Positions 44,659-56,270 are shown, counted from the stretch's first letter. The stretch is 64,000 nucleotides of DNA from an uncultured delta proteobacterium (GCA_963769935.1 CAVYNY010000017.1:160036-224035), one strand, 5' to 3'. Numbers and translations are program-made. Notes: generated by a model from the sequence alone, not told the origin.

Positions 44659-45507
44659 TCAATCCTTCAATAATTCAGTTTTGAATTGATATTTGCGCGC
44701 CTCGGAGCGGTACCTGAACAGCGCATTCCGAGGCAATGCCTCCAGGGTTCGCAGTTTATCGTCAGCGGCTGCTTTCGGATCAATAAACCTTAAAGCGTAG
44801 GGCTGCCGGCTGTCGCCGGCAGCCTTTTTAATTAGCTCCGCAGTTTGGGCGACTTCGGCGGGTGTGATATAACTGATTTGAGCAGGATCGCCCTTTTGCC
44901 TTACCACCGGAGCGATGGCGGTTACAAAACCATAGTCGCGGCATTTTGAAACCAGGCCGATGCTTTTTTCTATCTCCGCCGGGTCCACCGGTTGTTGTAA
45001 AAACAAAGCATACAGATTGAGCGGTCCTTTCACCTCCATGATCACGCGATCGGCCAGTGCGCGTTCGAGCACCGCCGCCAGCAAATCCGCATTCATGCCG
45101 TTGGTATCGATCCGGAGTTTGAAGTTTTGTTGTTTCAGGTACGCTAAAACTTTCAGGAGATCCCCGCCCCGGGCCGAGGCGCCGCCCGAGATGTATATGC
45201 CGTCCAGCCACTGGCCGTGCAGTGTGCCGGGCTTAAAGAATCCGTTCAAGGCCGGCCCGCCAATCAGATGCGCCGCCACCGCCGGTAATCCCTGCCGGAT
45301 GACTTCATCGTCACAATAAATGGGAAACTCAACGCCTTCCGGACCGCGATATATTTTTTGGCGGTGGTTCTGATAAAAGGATCTGAATGCTGCCTTGCCG
45401 TCGCCCAGAGCATCGTGGTCCTGGAATGTCAGGCCGCGCTCTATTAAAAACCGTTTGACGACCCGGCAGCGCACACAGCCGGTTGCTGAATAGATAGTTA
45501 TTGACAT
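44659..45507 (-). CDS. Glutaredoxin-like domain fused to a degenerate radical-SAM activase-like domain
   Basis: TIYSATGCVRC at the N-terminus; LDGIYISGG, RIDTNG, MEVKGP resemble NrdG/PflA-type activases. Confidence 0.65.
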   Translation of the reverse strand: MSITIYSATGCVRCRVVKRFLIERGLTFQDHDALGDGKAAFRSFYQNHRQKIYRGPEGVEFPIYCDDEVIRQGLPAVAAHLIGGPALNGFFKPGTLHGQWLDGIYISGGASARGGDLLKVLAYLKQQNFKLRIDTNGMNADLLAAVLERALADRVIMEVKGPLNLYALFLQQPVDPAEIEKSIGLVSKCRDYGFVTAIAPVVRQKGDPAQISYITPAEVAQTAELIKKAAGDSRQPYALRFIDPKAAADDKLRTLEALPRNALFRYRSEARKYQFKTELLKD

Positions 45508-45605
45508 AGATCGTTCCTTAGCTGGAACTAAGGCCCTGGCAGTGTCGACCACAAATAGCTAATATAAAGTGGTCGTTTCGGCAAATGCACCATACACCAT
45601 CGGTG

Positions 45606-45923
45606 GGTTTCAGGTGTCAGCGGTGTTGCTGCCCGCTGAAGTTTATGTATTAGGACGGCAAGTTTGATCGAATAAGAAGCTAACACTGAACGTCGAACCC
45701 CCGCCTGCCATGCAAATACTATTGGTTATCGTGATCATGGAGTTATCAATCAAATTACCATATTTATTCTGGCCTTGTCTCCGGGCATTGCGGGCAGGTC
45801 AAACGTCCAACATCGAATGTCGAAGGGATATATCCCATCGTTTTATAAAAGAGCGCAAAGAGTTCAGGGCGAGCTACTCATCGCAAGCTACTGTTCGCAT
45901 CAGATAGCCTGACACCTGAAACC
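45606..45923. repeat. 318 bp non-coding element with perfect 15 bp terminal inverted repeats
   Basis: GGTTTCAGGTGTCAG (45606-45620) and CTGACACCTGAAACC (45909-45923). Confidence 0.75.
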
Positions 45924-45990
45924 TTTGAGACAAATAAGCACTCCAGCGACAAGGAAAGCAAACCGACCTTAGGATGTCCCCAACAACCCA

Positions 45991-47433
45991 TTATTCCGCC
46001 TCATCGGCGTCGGATACCACACACAGCGCCGACGACGACTGGTAGGGCTGGGTTCCTTCCACGTCAACCTCGACTTCGGCACCGGGCGGTGCCGCCCCCG
46101 GCACCCGGAAGGTGGTCACGTCGACGGGTTCAATGGCCGACTGCCGCGGACGATCCAGCTGCGGAACCCACTCATAGGGTGCCCGGTAAGCCCGGTAGAC
46201 CATGTTCATCTTAAAATGCCTGCCCCAGTAAGGGCTTATATACTCCCAGACAATCCGGTGCGCGGGCGTAACTTCAATGATGCGGCCGCCGCTGCCTTCG
46301 GCAATCAGGGTGTTGCCGTTCGGCAGGCGCTGGACGCTGCTGATAAAGGGGCTGTAAAACCGGTTGCTGTCCGTGGGGTGAACCAGGCCGGCTTCGGCCG
46401 GCGTATACTGCCAGATAATTTTCAGGGAAACAGGATCAAACTCCAGCACCCTGGAATAATCCCGCAGTGCATTTTTAGCGCCGGTGAGACTGCCCGGGTT
46501 GGGAGCGCCGTATCCGGCCCAGCCGCCGTTGTCAAAGACTAAAATATTGCCATCGCCCGGCAGGCCCCGGGGGATCATATGGGCGTGGTGCTGCCCGATG
46601 ATCCAGCCCAATTCTTTCAGCTGCGGGGTTTCGTCATAATTCGGTCCGACTTTCCAGACAATAGCGCCGGTTGCTTTGCTGATGATGAAGCTAATGTTGG
46701 TTTCGCGGCCGTCGGTGATAATGTTGGCGGGGTGAAAGCGCTCGTCGCCGGCGTCATACCACCGGTTGGGACCCAGCGTGGACATGGAATTCAGATGCAT
46801 CCAGTCGCCCATTCCGCCGCCGGCCGGACGCATATTTGGGTCGCGGCAGATGATGTTTTTCGCATCCTCGCGAAAACCGAACTCCTCGAAGTGTTCGCTG
46901 CACACCCATTCCCAGGCAAGATCGCCGTCCCAGGTTACCTCGTAAATGGTATCGTCGAGCAGCGGCTTGTCGGAGATTTCCCTGCAGACCAGGTTTCGGT
47001 GGCCCAGCAACAGCGTGTTGCCGCCGTCTATCCTCGGATCCATCCCGGGTGTGTAATACCCGACCGGGTTGCCCTCGCGCTGGTAGTCGTGATGAACGCG
47101 GGCCATCCATTGCGGCTCTTCGCCGAAATCTTCAATATACTCGTATTGGTTGAATTTCCAGACGATATTGCCGTCCCAATCCAACTGCAGCAGGTCGCGG
47201 TAGTCCTGCATGCCGTATTTCGTGTTGCGTTCGCCGCTATGGCCCATTACGTGGCCGCCGGGAAAAAGTTTGTTGGGAAAACCATGCAGCCCCTTCCACA
47301 GGCGAACCTCGCGGCCGTTCATGTCAATCAGCAGGGTCCCGAGCTCTTTGGCCTGAAAAATAGTATAGCCGTTCCAGCACTGATCCGGCAGGTAAACTGT
47401 GGCCCCGGTTGGGTAGACGCTGGGGTAAGTCAT
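45991..47433 (-). CDS. Arylsulfate sulfotransferase family beta-propeller protein
   Basis: HHD, DWMHLNS, GQHHA, ILVFDNG, SSVQRLPNGNTLI, YRAYR; no signal peptide. Confidence 0.82.
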   Translation of the reverse strand: MTYPSVYPTGATVYLPDQCWNGYTIFQAKELGTLLIDMNGREVRLWKGLHGFPNKLFPGGHVMGHSGERNTKYGMQDYRDLLQLDWDGNIVWKFNQYEYIEDFGEEPQWMARVHHDYQREGNPVGYYTPGMDPRIDGGNTLLLGHRNLVCREISDKPLLDDTIYEVTWDGDLAWEWVCSEHFEEFGFREDAKNIICRDPNMRPAGGGMGDWMHLNSMSTLGPNRWYDAGDERFHPANIITDGRETNISFIISKATGAIVWKVGPNYDETPQLKELGWIIGQHHAHMIPRGLPGDGNILVFDNGGWAGYGAPNPGSLTGAKNALRDYSRVLEFDPVSLKIIWQYTPAEAGLVHPTDSNRFYSPFISSVQRLPNGNTLIAEGSGGRIIEVTPAHRIVWEYISPYWGRHFKMNMVYRAYRAPYEWVPQLDRPRQSAIEPVDVTTFRVPGAAPPGAEVEVDVEGTQPYQSSSALCVVSDADEAE

Positions 47434-47455
47434 TTTGGTTTCCTTTCTCAAAAAA

Positions 47456-47657
47456 AATGCCTAAAGTTTCAAAGTGCCTAAAATGCCTAAAATTCAGGTA
47501 TCCTGTCGATTTAATCTAATTCAAAACTCAAGGTAGACGAGTATATTACTTTTGTGATTTCTGAATTTCCATAGGCCAGCCATAAAACTTTTAAAAAAAG
47601 ATGCAGCGCAGCGACACCATAATTTTAGGCATTTTAGCTCATTTTAGTTCATTTTAG
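47456..47657. repeat. Inverted nonamer arrays
   Basis: TGCCTAAAR units (47456-47494) mirrored by ATTTTAGGC-ATTTTAGCTC-ATTTTAGTTC-ATTTTAG (47621-47657). Confidence 0.7.
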
Positions 47658-49146
47658 TTGTTCTTTTGCGGTCTTTATAAACCGGTATGACAACGATGAG
47701 AATCGACAAAATGATCAGCACCAGGGAGATCGGCCGCGTAAGAAAGATCAGGGGGTTGCCGTCGCCGAGGCTCAGACTTTGACGCAAACGGTTTTCCAGA
47801 ATCTCTCCCAGCACCACGCCCATCACCAGGTTCACCACCGGCCATTTGAGCCGCAGGAGAATATACCCCAGCACCCCCATGAAAACAGCAACAGCAGCAT
47901 CGAATGTCCTTGTATTGACGGCATAAATGCCAATCACCGAAATCAGCATGATGTTGGCAGCTAAAAGTGTCGCCGGCACCCTGACAATCATGGCAAAGGG
48001 TTTCAGCCAGAGCGCCAGCATTAAGAACGCCACAATATTTATCATAAAAATCGAAAAGTAGAGCGTATTGATCAACACCGGCTCTTTGACAAGCAGCAGG
48101 GGCCCGGGATATATTCCGTTGATGGTGAATACCCCCAGAAGCACTGCGCTAAGGGCCTCCCCCGGTATGCCCAGGGTGAGAAGGGGGATCATCGCACCGG
48201 CGGGGACCGCATTGTTGCCGGCTTCAGCGGCCAGGCAGCCCTCGGGCGTGCCGTTGCCGAAATCCTGGGGACGTTTGGACGAACGCTTGGCCGCCTCATA
48301 GGACATGAAAGAGGCCAGAATGGAGCCTGTGCCCGGCAGGAGGCCCACGAAGGTTCCGATAATCCCCGACCTGAGCAGGGTTTTCCAATAGCGCAGCGTC
48401 CCCCAGAGTTTGGAAAAATCCAGGGTACTGCGCGTGAGATTCATCTGGTCGGTCAGCAGGATTTTGCGTTCCACCAGCAGCAGGGTTTGACCCACGCCGA
48501 ATAGTCCCAGGCAAACCGGTACAATGTCCAGACCGTTTTGCAGATAAAGGGTGCCGAAACAAAACCTCGGCGACAGGGTGGCACCGTCGATTCCGACCGT
48601 TGAAAACCAAAGCCCCAGGCCCAGCAGCAGGATGCCCTGCATCAACTGGGCCCGATTGGCCATCACCACGAGCGTGACCCCGAAAAGTCCCGCCCCGAAA
48701 TATTCCGGCGGACCGAAGTTGGCCGCAACGTGGGCCAGCAGCGGCGCCAGAAAGATCAGAATGACGACACTGATAATACCGCCTCCGAAAGAGCCCAGCA
48801 GCGCCGCCGAAAGGGCGGTCTGGGCCTCACCCTTCTGAGTTAAGGGAAACCCGTCAAAGCTGGTAATCAGAGAAGACGGCACGCCCGGCGTGCGCATCAG
48901 GATTGCCGGAATCCCCCCGCCGAAATAACCGCCGCAGAATACGCCCAGCAGCATGGAAAGTGCCACATCAGGGGCCAGCGCAAAGGTAAAGGGCAAAAGC
49001 ACCACCATGCCCACCATGGGGCCGATGCCGGGCAAAATGCCCACGACAATCCCCACGAAAGTTCCAAAAACAAGGAACCCCATATTGGCTAACGTAAAGG
49101 CCGCCACGGCACCGCTGATCAGGTTATCCCACACGTTTTTCTCCAA
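47644..49146 (-). CDS. tctA: Tripartite tricarboxylate transporter permease TctA
   Basis: GILPGIG, FGPPEYF, AAEAGNNA, IPLLTLGIPG. Confidence 0.92.
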   Translation of the reverse strand: MEKNVWDNLISGAVAAFTLANMGFLVFGTFVGIVVGILPGIGPMVGMVVLLPFTFALAPDVALSMLLGVFCGGYFGGGIPAILMRTPGVPSSLITSFDGFPLTQKGEAQTALSAALLGSFGGGIISVVILIFLAPLLAHVAANFGPPEYFGAGLFGVTLVVMANRAQLMQGILLLGLGLWFSTVGIDGATLSPRFCFGTLYLQNGLDIVPVCLGLFGVGQTLLLVERKILLTDQMNLTRSTLDFSKLWGTLRYWKTLLRSGIIGTFVGLLPGTGSILASFMSYEAAKRSSKRPQDFGNGTPEGCLAAEAGNNAVPAGAMIPLLTLGIPGEALSAVLLGVFTINGIYPGPLLLVKEPVLINTLYFSIFMINIVAFLMLALWLKPFAMIVRVPATLLAANIMLISVIGIYAVNTRTFDAAVAVFMGVLGYILLRLKWPVVNLVMGVVLGEILENRLRQSLSLGDGNPLIFLTRPISLVLIILSILIVVIPVYKDRKRTTKMN

Positions 49147-49207
49147 GATAAAAGACCCGATCCTGTAGCAGGATCAGAGACAACTGGCTATGCAACAACA
49201 GATAAAC

Positions 49208-49373
49208 GGGGTATTGGAGTAGTGGAGTAATGGAGTAGTGGAGTAATTGAGTAGTGGATTATCGCATTTGACTCGCGCTTGATCGTATCATTGGTGATTG
49301 GATGAAAATGATATTTAGAAGCTCCGATTGCGTGAATGTTTAATCTCTGGTCTTCCATCACTCCAATACTCCA
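49208..49373. repeat. Inverted octamer arrays
   Basis: About six TGGAGTAR-like units mirrored by TCCATCAC-TCCAATAC-TCCA. Confidence 0.72.
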
Positions 49374-49429
49374 CCGGCCAAATTCCGGAGTTCCATTCAA
49401 TGTCGATGAACGTTAACGATCGCCGCTCT

Positions 49430-49936
49430 TCACTCCCATAACCAGTCTACAATCAGCGGCGTGGGGAAAAAAACCCCCAGAAAGTACTTAAAAACCATTA
49501 CAATCAGCCCGGTCATGACCAGGGGCAGGACGACCAGTTTTAAAACGCCCCGATGCCCCAGGTAATAGAGCGTTATGGTCAAAAACAACCAGGCGGATAT
49601 CTCCAGGCCGATCAGGCCCAAACCGGCCAGCAGCGCGATCAGCAGCCCCAGCACAACCAGGGTCTTTTTGGGAAAGCCCTTTCCATCCAGGCGCCAGGAG
49701 CTTTTTGGCGGCGGCGATATAAGCCGCGTCCACGCCGGCAGGGAGGCCAGGATCATCATGGACAGCACCATAACCGGAAAAATGAGCGGGCCCTTGTAAA
49801 AAGGATCAGGCCCCTCGGTATCCACGGTCCAGGGCGAGGTGATGAGAGCAAAGGCGGCCAACGCTCCCAGAAAGGCGCTGAACAGGTCGTTGAGGCGGCT
49901 GTGTTCCTTGGGTTCCTGACTCACGGGTTTCTCCAC
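49430..49936 (-). CDS. tctB: TctB family small membrane subunit
   Basis: GPLIFP, several TM helices, FLGVFFP; lies between tctC and tctA. Confidence 0.8.
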   Translation of the reverse strand: MEKPVSQEPKEHSRLNDLFSAFLGALAAFALITSPWTVDTEGPDPFYKGPLIFPVMVLSMMILASLPAWTRLISPPPKSSWRLDGKGFPKKTLVVLGLLIALLAGLGLIGLEISAWLFLTITLYYLGHRGVLKLVVLPLVMTGLIVMVFKYFLGVFFPTPLIVDWLWE

Positions 49937-50890
49937 TTACTTAATAATCCCAAGCTCCTTCATAATTGTGCCGAAAGCCTCCAGTTCACTGTCCATCTGA
50001 GCCCGGGCCGCCTTCGAACCAATCGGATGGGCAATCACACCCACCTTTTCTATCACATTCTGGATTTCCGGCTTGGCCATGGCATTAAAAAAAGCTGTGC
50101 TCAGCTTGGCGGCAATCTCGTCCGGCGTTTTGGCCGGCACGAAAGCCCCGAACCAGATGGAATATCCCTTCCCGAAGCCCTGCTCCTTGACGGTTGCCAC
50201 ATTGGGGTACTGGGGCAGCCGATTCGGCAGCATGCAGGCTAAAATTTTCATCTGGCCTGCTTCTACATAATCCTTGATACCCGGGGTGGAGAAAGTTATC
50301 ACGTCGGCATCGCCTTTGACGACCAGCAGCGGGTTCAGCTCCTTGTAGGCCGTCTCTTTCCATTTGAAACCGCCGATCTTGGCCACATTCATTGCAATCA
50401 GGGTCGGCACCGCCCCCAGACCCCAGTGCGCCAGTCTGAGGTCGTGGCTTTTGCCGTACTCGGCCAGTTCCTTGAGGTTGTTATAGGGCGCGTCGGCCCG
50501 GCAGGCCAGGGTAAAGGGTGATGACCAAATGAGCCCCAGGGGTTTCAAGTCCTGGTTCCGGTATGGCGTTTTGCCACGCAGGACCTGAGTGATCATGGGA
50601 CCGATTGAGATGAGTCCAAGCATATACCCGTCAGGGCGGCTCTTGGCCAGTTCGTTGGTGGCCAGGACCGCACCGCCGCCGGGCTTGTTGACGACCTTCA
50701 CCGGCACCCCCAGCTCCTCGGACATCAAGGGTGCCATGGCCGTGGCCACCATGGTCGAGGGATCGTTGCCGGCGGGCCAGGGAATCATAATTTGAATAGG
50801 CTTGGCGGGCCATTCGGCCGAAGCCGGCCCTGCCATCATTCCGGCCATCAACACCAAAGCAGCAATTACCAGCACGCTCTTCTTAATCAT
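49937..50890 (-). CDS. tctC: TctC/Bug substrate-binding protein
   Basis: Signal peptide, WPAKPI, VVNKPGGG, PDGY, PNVATVKEQG. Confidence 0.92.
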   Translation of the reverse strand: MIKKSVLVIAALVLMAGMMAGPASAEWPAKPIQIMIPWPAGNDPSTMVATAMAPLMSEELGVPVKVVNKPGGGAVLATNELAKSRPDGYMLGLISIGPMITQVLRGKTPYRNQDLKPLGLIWSSPFTLACRADAPYNNLKELAEYGKSHDLRLAHWGLGAVPTLIAMNVAKIGGFKWKETAYKELNPLLVVKGDADVITFSTPGIKDYVEAGQMKILACMLPNRLPQYPNVATVKEQGFGKGYSIWFGAFVPAKTPDEIAAKLSTAFFNAMAKPEIQNVIEKVGVIAHPIGSKAARAQMDSELEAFGTIMKELGIIK

Positions 50891-51231
50891 ACCGCACCTC
50901 CAGTTTTTCTGTGTTAGGTTACCAATAAAACTACAATAATTAAGGGTTGAGCTTTTTTGTCCGCCCGCCGACTTCCGGGCGGAGCGGACAAAGGAAAACT
51001 TTCCTCAGTGCTCTCTTGGTCCGTGGTGAATCTGAAATTCAAACTGGACCTGCCAATTTTTAAATAAAAATTGAGGCAATAGCAACCGGTTTTTTTGGGA
51101 ACCTAAAGACGGGTTAAGAATTTGTGGGAGTGGTTTTCCCTCCGGGGCGTAAGTCCTACGGGCTGGAGGCAACCGCGATAAACTCAGCTTGACCGCATCC
51201 AGGGTCAGTGAAGCGTTCGCCCGGTCCGGTC

Positions 51232-54200
51232 TTATTTGATATCCGGCAGTGCACCACCGGTCAGGCAGGGACTATTTTCGTCTTTGTCACCGCGAATCAA
51301 TGACCACAAAAGTCCCAGGGCGCGCGCCGGCAGGGCAATCATCGGAACCGCCAGCTGGGCGGCTAAAATGGCCGCCTCATTGGCCGGAAGCTTGCTTACC
51401 GAAGGATCATTCAGCGGACCTTTGATTCGAACCGGCGAGGCGCGCCCAAAAAACCGCCTTTTGGATTCCGGTTTAATGAGAATATCGACTTTTTCAGAGG
51501 CCAGGTTGATCGATCCGTAAGCCCGGGCGCGGACGCCGGGCGTGTCCAGGTAAAGGATTTGAATGGTGCCGGCACCTTCTTTAAAATCCAGACGGCCGGC
51601 CATGCAGTTCAGGTCCGTAAAGGTATCTTTGGCCGGGGCGGTAAACACTAGATCGAGGGCATCCGATGCGACCATTTCCACCCCGCGTTGAATCCGGCCA
51701 TGCTCGATGGCTGCGCCGAACTCGCCGGACAGGTTGGCGGCCAATTCCCGGATCGATCTGCCGCGGCTCTGCAAATTCGCCGCCAGGCTGAGCTGGCCTT
51801 CGACCATCGGCGGTTCATGCAGGTACGACAGGATATCATCGAGGTCCATATCTTCCGCCGCTATTTTTAAGCCGACCGTGGGCTCCGTCCCTGCGGTATC
51901 CAGGATGGACTCAAAGGACAAATGTCCCAGCCGATATTTGATTTCGGAAGTTCCAATGCGCAGCCGGCCATTGTGTGATGCTGCGTCAATATCAACATGA
52001 TCCAGTTCGACGTCCCGGCCGACAACCTTGTCCGCACTTAAATTCAATGAAAAGTCATGGATATTAAGGCTTTCCAGGGGCAGCGGCCGGTTGTCGAAAA
52101 GCGGGGAATTTTTGGACGATTGTGCAGCTGGCGCTGCGGCCGGTTTTTTTTCCTCATCCTCAGGATAAAGACCAAGATCATTCAAGTGTACGATCCCGGA
52201 AGACAGTTCGGCCTCCAACGGCAGCCAGGGACGATCCACCAGCTGCCGGACCAGGGTCTGAAACCGGGTATCCCCCAGCCGGGCTTCGCCCACGAAAATT
52301 CGCTCGTGCTGCGAGCCGGAACAGCGGCCGTCGATGGTAAGCGGACTGATTCGCGGCAGAGGCAAATCCAACATTGCGCTCCAGGCAGCGGGATCCTGCG
52401 CTTTCGAAGTCACATGCAATTCAAAATCGGGTGATTCGGATCCGGATTTTACGACACCGTCGGCAAGAACGTTCAGGCCGCCCAATTCTGCCGAGGATAG
52501 CTCGAATCTGTCGATCCGGATCTGCTCCGCGGCGCCGGCCCCGATTCCCGAAAGATTGATGGTGCCGTCAAATTGCGGGCTGGCTGCCGATTCGAGCCGG
52601 ATAAATTTTTCCAGCCAGGGCCGGGAATCGGCTTTAAAACCGGCGGTCAGTTTCATTTGCTCCCGGCGCCCGATATTTTCGATTCGTCCCTGCATCTGCA
52701 GCAGGGGCGTGGGTAGCGGTCCAGCCAAAATTTTAAATGCTTCAACATTCACCGAACGGTCCCGGCCCCGGCCCCGGATCCGGGCCGTGGCCTGAAGCGG
52801 CCCCAGATCCGGCAGGCGCCGGTCAATTTCCAGAGGCAGGGCGGCAAGGTCCGGCGCCTGGGCTGTGAGCCGCACGTCGATATCGCGCATCGGCAGGTCT
52901 TTTTCCAGGCCGATGTACCCCACTCCGCCGGTGGCGGCGATCTTCAGCCCTTTGGGGGACTTCACGAACAGCTTCAGATCCCTGGCTTTCAGTTTCTCCC
53001 CGCCCCCGGTCAACGCCAGCCGGCCGTCGACAGCTCCCAGGTCCGGCAGCCGGACCCCGAAAAGTTTAAAAATGGTTTGCGTGCCGGAGGCCGTCAGGCC
53101 GAGTTTAAGATCCACGCCGTCGAATACAGCCTGTTTGTGCTGGATAACCGAACCAACGCTTCCCGTGGCACTCAGCTTAAAAGTGTTGCCGTCGCCGGCG
53201 ACAAATCTCACGTCCTCGACACCGTATATGCCGTTGCGGTCGGTTTCGCGCCAGCTGGCGTGGACCGGTCCGATGTCGGGCAGCTTGATTCCGATCAGAG
53301 CGGTAAAATCAGAGGAGCGGGCCGCCTGCAGAGACCCGTAGGTATGAACGTCGGAAATCGGCTGGTCGCCACCCAGCGGGAGTTTTCCGATGCGCCCCTG
53401 CCATTTGATCTGCAATTTGTCCGGCTTACCGGCGGCAACGTCGATATTTTCAATTGAAAGCACGTCGGTGGTTCCCAGCACCAGACCTCCGGCGTGAACC
53501 GGACCCAGTGTCGGCACCAAATTAGCGCCCAGCAGCGGCTCGGCGGCGGCCATATCAGGTGAATTAATGTCGAGGTTGATGTTTACATTCCCCAGGACTT
53601 CCCCATCGGCCTGCTCGGCAAAGTCGATGCCGCCGGACAATCGGGTCTCCAGACCCCGGCGCATCTTTGGAATGAAATTCGAGGTCTTTTAGCTGGAATC
53701 GATCCGCGTCGCCCGTTACCCGGCCCGTTAGGGCAACGGTGCCGATTTCCTTGATGGGCACCCCGTAAAAAGTTGACAGGATGCTGGACTGCTCGGACAG
53801 GATGCTCACCGCAAGATCCATATCCTTTAACGGCTGGTCGCCCTCCAACGGAACCCAGCCGATCCGTCCGCGGGTTTCAACCCGCACCGGGCCGGAGCCG
53901 CCCCTGATGATGACAAGATCTTCAAGTGCCGGATGTTCAACCGGACCGGTCAGCCTGCCTCTGAAATCAACCGAACCGATCTCGGGAATCGAATCGGTGA
54001 GCAGCGGCCGGATGGATGCGGTGCTGGGTGTGGTCAGGTGCAAATCGAGATTCACCTCTTTTACGGCCAGATGCTCCGGGATGCTGCCCAGGCCCAGCCG
54101 GCCCCCGGCCTGCAGATCAATGCCTTTATCGTTGACCACCCGGGCTGTGATATCCTCGAAGCCGAAGCCCGCCGGCGTTTTGCGCAAGGCGCCGTTAAAT

Positions 54201-55237
54201 TTAAATTCCTTGACAACCTTCAGATCGGCGGGAAAAATTTTCCGCAGAAGTTCTTCATTGCGGCACAGAATCGCCAACAAAATGTCTGTGCCTTCCCCGT
54301 CGCGCAAATTGGCGATTGCCCCCTCGGCTGAAATTTCAACGGACGGATCGCCGGAAATGGTCAATTTCAGATCAGACACGCGGGGTGCCGCCAGATCGCC
54401 GCTGAGCGTTGCCTCGAAATTCAGTTGCCCCGGGGAAGGATAATCCACCTGAAATATTTTCAGCAGTTCCGCCATTTTCTGATCGGCGGCGGATAGCTGC
54501 AGGCTCAGGCCTTCGCCGTTTTCAAAGTCCGCCACCGTTCCTCCCACCGACAGGGTCAAATCCGCAGCTTTCAGGTCGAGCGCCAGCGGATACGGCTGCA
54601 AGCGGTCAAATAATTCCTTCAGCGCTCCCAGCCGGCCGTCAATCTGAAATTGAGTGCCGTTGACGGAACCGTCGCCCTTGACATAGAGCGGTCCGGCATC
54701 CTGAACATCATCCATCGCCAGCTGATTGAGCTGCACCCGCAGCTTGCGGCCGGAATCCGCCAGCCTGATATTTTTGAGAGATACGCTTTCAAGTATGGGA
54801 ATGATGATATGAGGCAGCTTTTGGGTCGGCTGTGATTCTTTACCCTGTTTTTGCTGAAGATTCACATCTTCAATGACCGCGTCCGCAATCTGCAGCTGCT
54901 TTACAACAAAGGTGCCCAGCAACAGAGGTTTCAATGCAATTTTAAGGTGGAAATGTCCGATGGACTTCAAAGCGGGCGCTGCCCCGCCGGGGACGGCCTC
55001 GAACCTGATCCGATCGGCCGTCATTGAGGGTTCGGCCGACAGATCGACGGTAAAAGGGCCGTCCACGATCATCCGGCAGCCGGCCGCATGCCGAACACCC
55101 CAGACGGCCAGATCGCGATAATCATCATTGTCGCAAACCAGCAGGCCGAAAATGACACCCAGCAGGCTGAGCAGGACAACACTGCCTGAAATTATCAGAA
55201 CATATTTAACCCAGCGCTTGAGGGGGCCTGTTTTCAA
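51232..55237 (-). CDS. AsmA-family protein split by one frameshift near 53660
   Basis: Overlapping ORFs 53564-55237 and 51232-53664; N-terminal TM, LKPLLLG, C-terminal GSINL...PVRIKGPLNDPSV. Confidence 0.75.
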
Positions 55238-55403
55238 TCACACCTTCCTTCGGGGACAATTGGATGTTAATCTCAATTTCAAACATGCTTGAAAAATTAA
55301 GCGGTTGTTGGTTGGGTATGAGAAATATGGCTGTTCATCCGGCATCTAAACGTATAATATAATCAGAGCTTTTCAATAGTAAATTTAAGGGGAGTAAATC
55401 ACT

Positions 55404-56270
55404 ATGAGCAACGGTCAGATTTTCATCAGCTATCGCCGCGATGACTCTGCAGGCTATGCCAGGGCCCTCTATGATCGACTCGTTCAGCATTTCACCAAAG
55501 AGCGCGTTTTCATGGATGTGGATGCAATCGAACCTGGGCTTCCGTTTGACGAAGCCATCAAACGTGCTTTAGATCAATGCGAGGTGCTGCTGGTAGTGAT
55601 CGGCAGGCACTGGTTGGAAACCCGGCAAGGCAAGGGGCCGCGCATCAACGATCCGCAGGATTTTGTACGCCTCGAAATTGCGGCTGCGCTATCGCGCAAC
55701 ATTCGTGTGGTCCCGGTGCTGCTCGACGGCGCCGGCATGCCAAGCGAAGAAGAATTGCCCGAAGTGCTTCGTGCGCTGTCACGGCGAAACGCGCTTGAGA
55801 TCAGAAACAGCCGCTTTGACGCGGATAGCGAGACCCTGATAAGGGCGGTCGGAAAAGCATTGGGCGAATCTGAAAATGCAGTCCAAAGCAACTCGGGTTT
55901 GTCGACTCAAAACCGGCGGCCTGACATTAACGGCCGGTGGGAGGCCGATGTCACTTACGATTGGCCGAATGCAAGATATGTTGAGAAGTTCGACTTGCGC
56001 GGCGAAGAAGACGAAGTGTTTGGGACCGCTTCATTTCTTGGCCGAAAGAGAGGTATTCTTGAGGGAAGTATAAGCAGGGACGGGCTCCGGTTTATTATCA
56101 GAACTCAGGAGTATCTTGGTGCGGATTCGAACCCAAGGGATGCGATACATCGCTACCGCGGGAAGCTACTGGGAAACGAGATCAAATTCAGCCTGCAGAC
56201 CGAGGGCGGCTATTCGGAGCATATACCCATTGAGTTCATTGCGAAAAAAGTGCCTGACAGCGGACAATAA
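55404..56270 (+). CDS. TIR domain protein with C-terminal beta-rich domain
   Basis: IFISYRRDDS, VFMDVDAIEPG, DFVRLEIAAAL, VVPVLL. Confidence 0.9.
   Translation: MSNGQIFISYRRDDSAGYARALYDRLVQHFTKERVFMDVDAIEPGLPFDEAIKRALDQCEVLLVVIGRHWLETRQGKGPRINDPQDFVRLEIAAALSRNIRVVPVLLDGAGMPSEEELPEVLRALSRRNALEIRNSRFDADSETLIRAVGKALGESENAVQSNSGLSTQNRRPDINGRWEADVTYDWPNARYVEKFDLRGEEDEVFGTASFLGRKRGILEGSISRDGLRFIIRTQEYLGADSNPRDAIHRYRGKLLGNEIKFSLQTEGGYSEHIPIEFIAKKVPDSGQ

Noticed and set aside
49208..49258. Short tandem arrays as CRISPR repeats
   Set aside because: Units are 7-9 nt with no unique spacers, and no cas genes are in the window.
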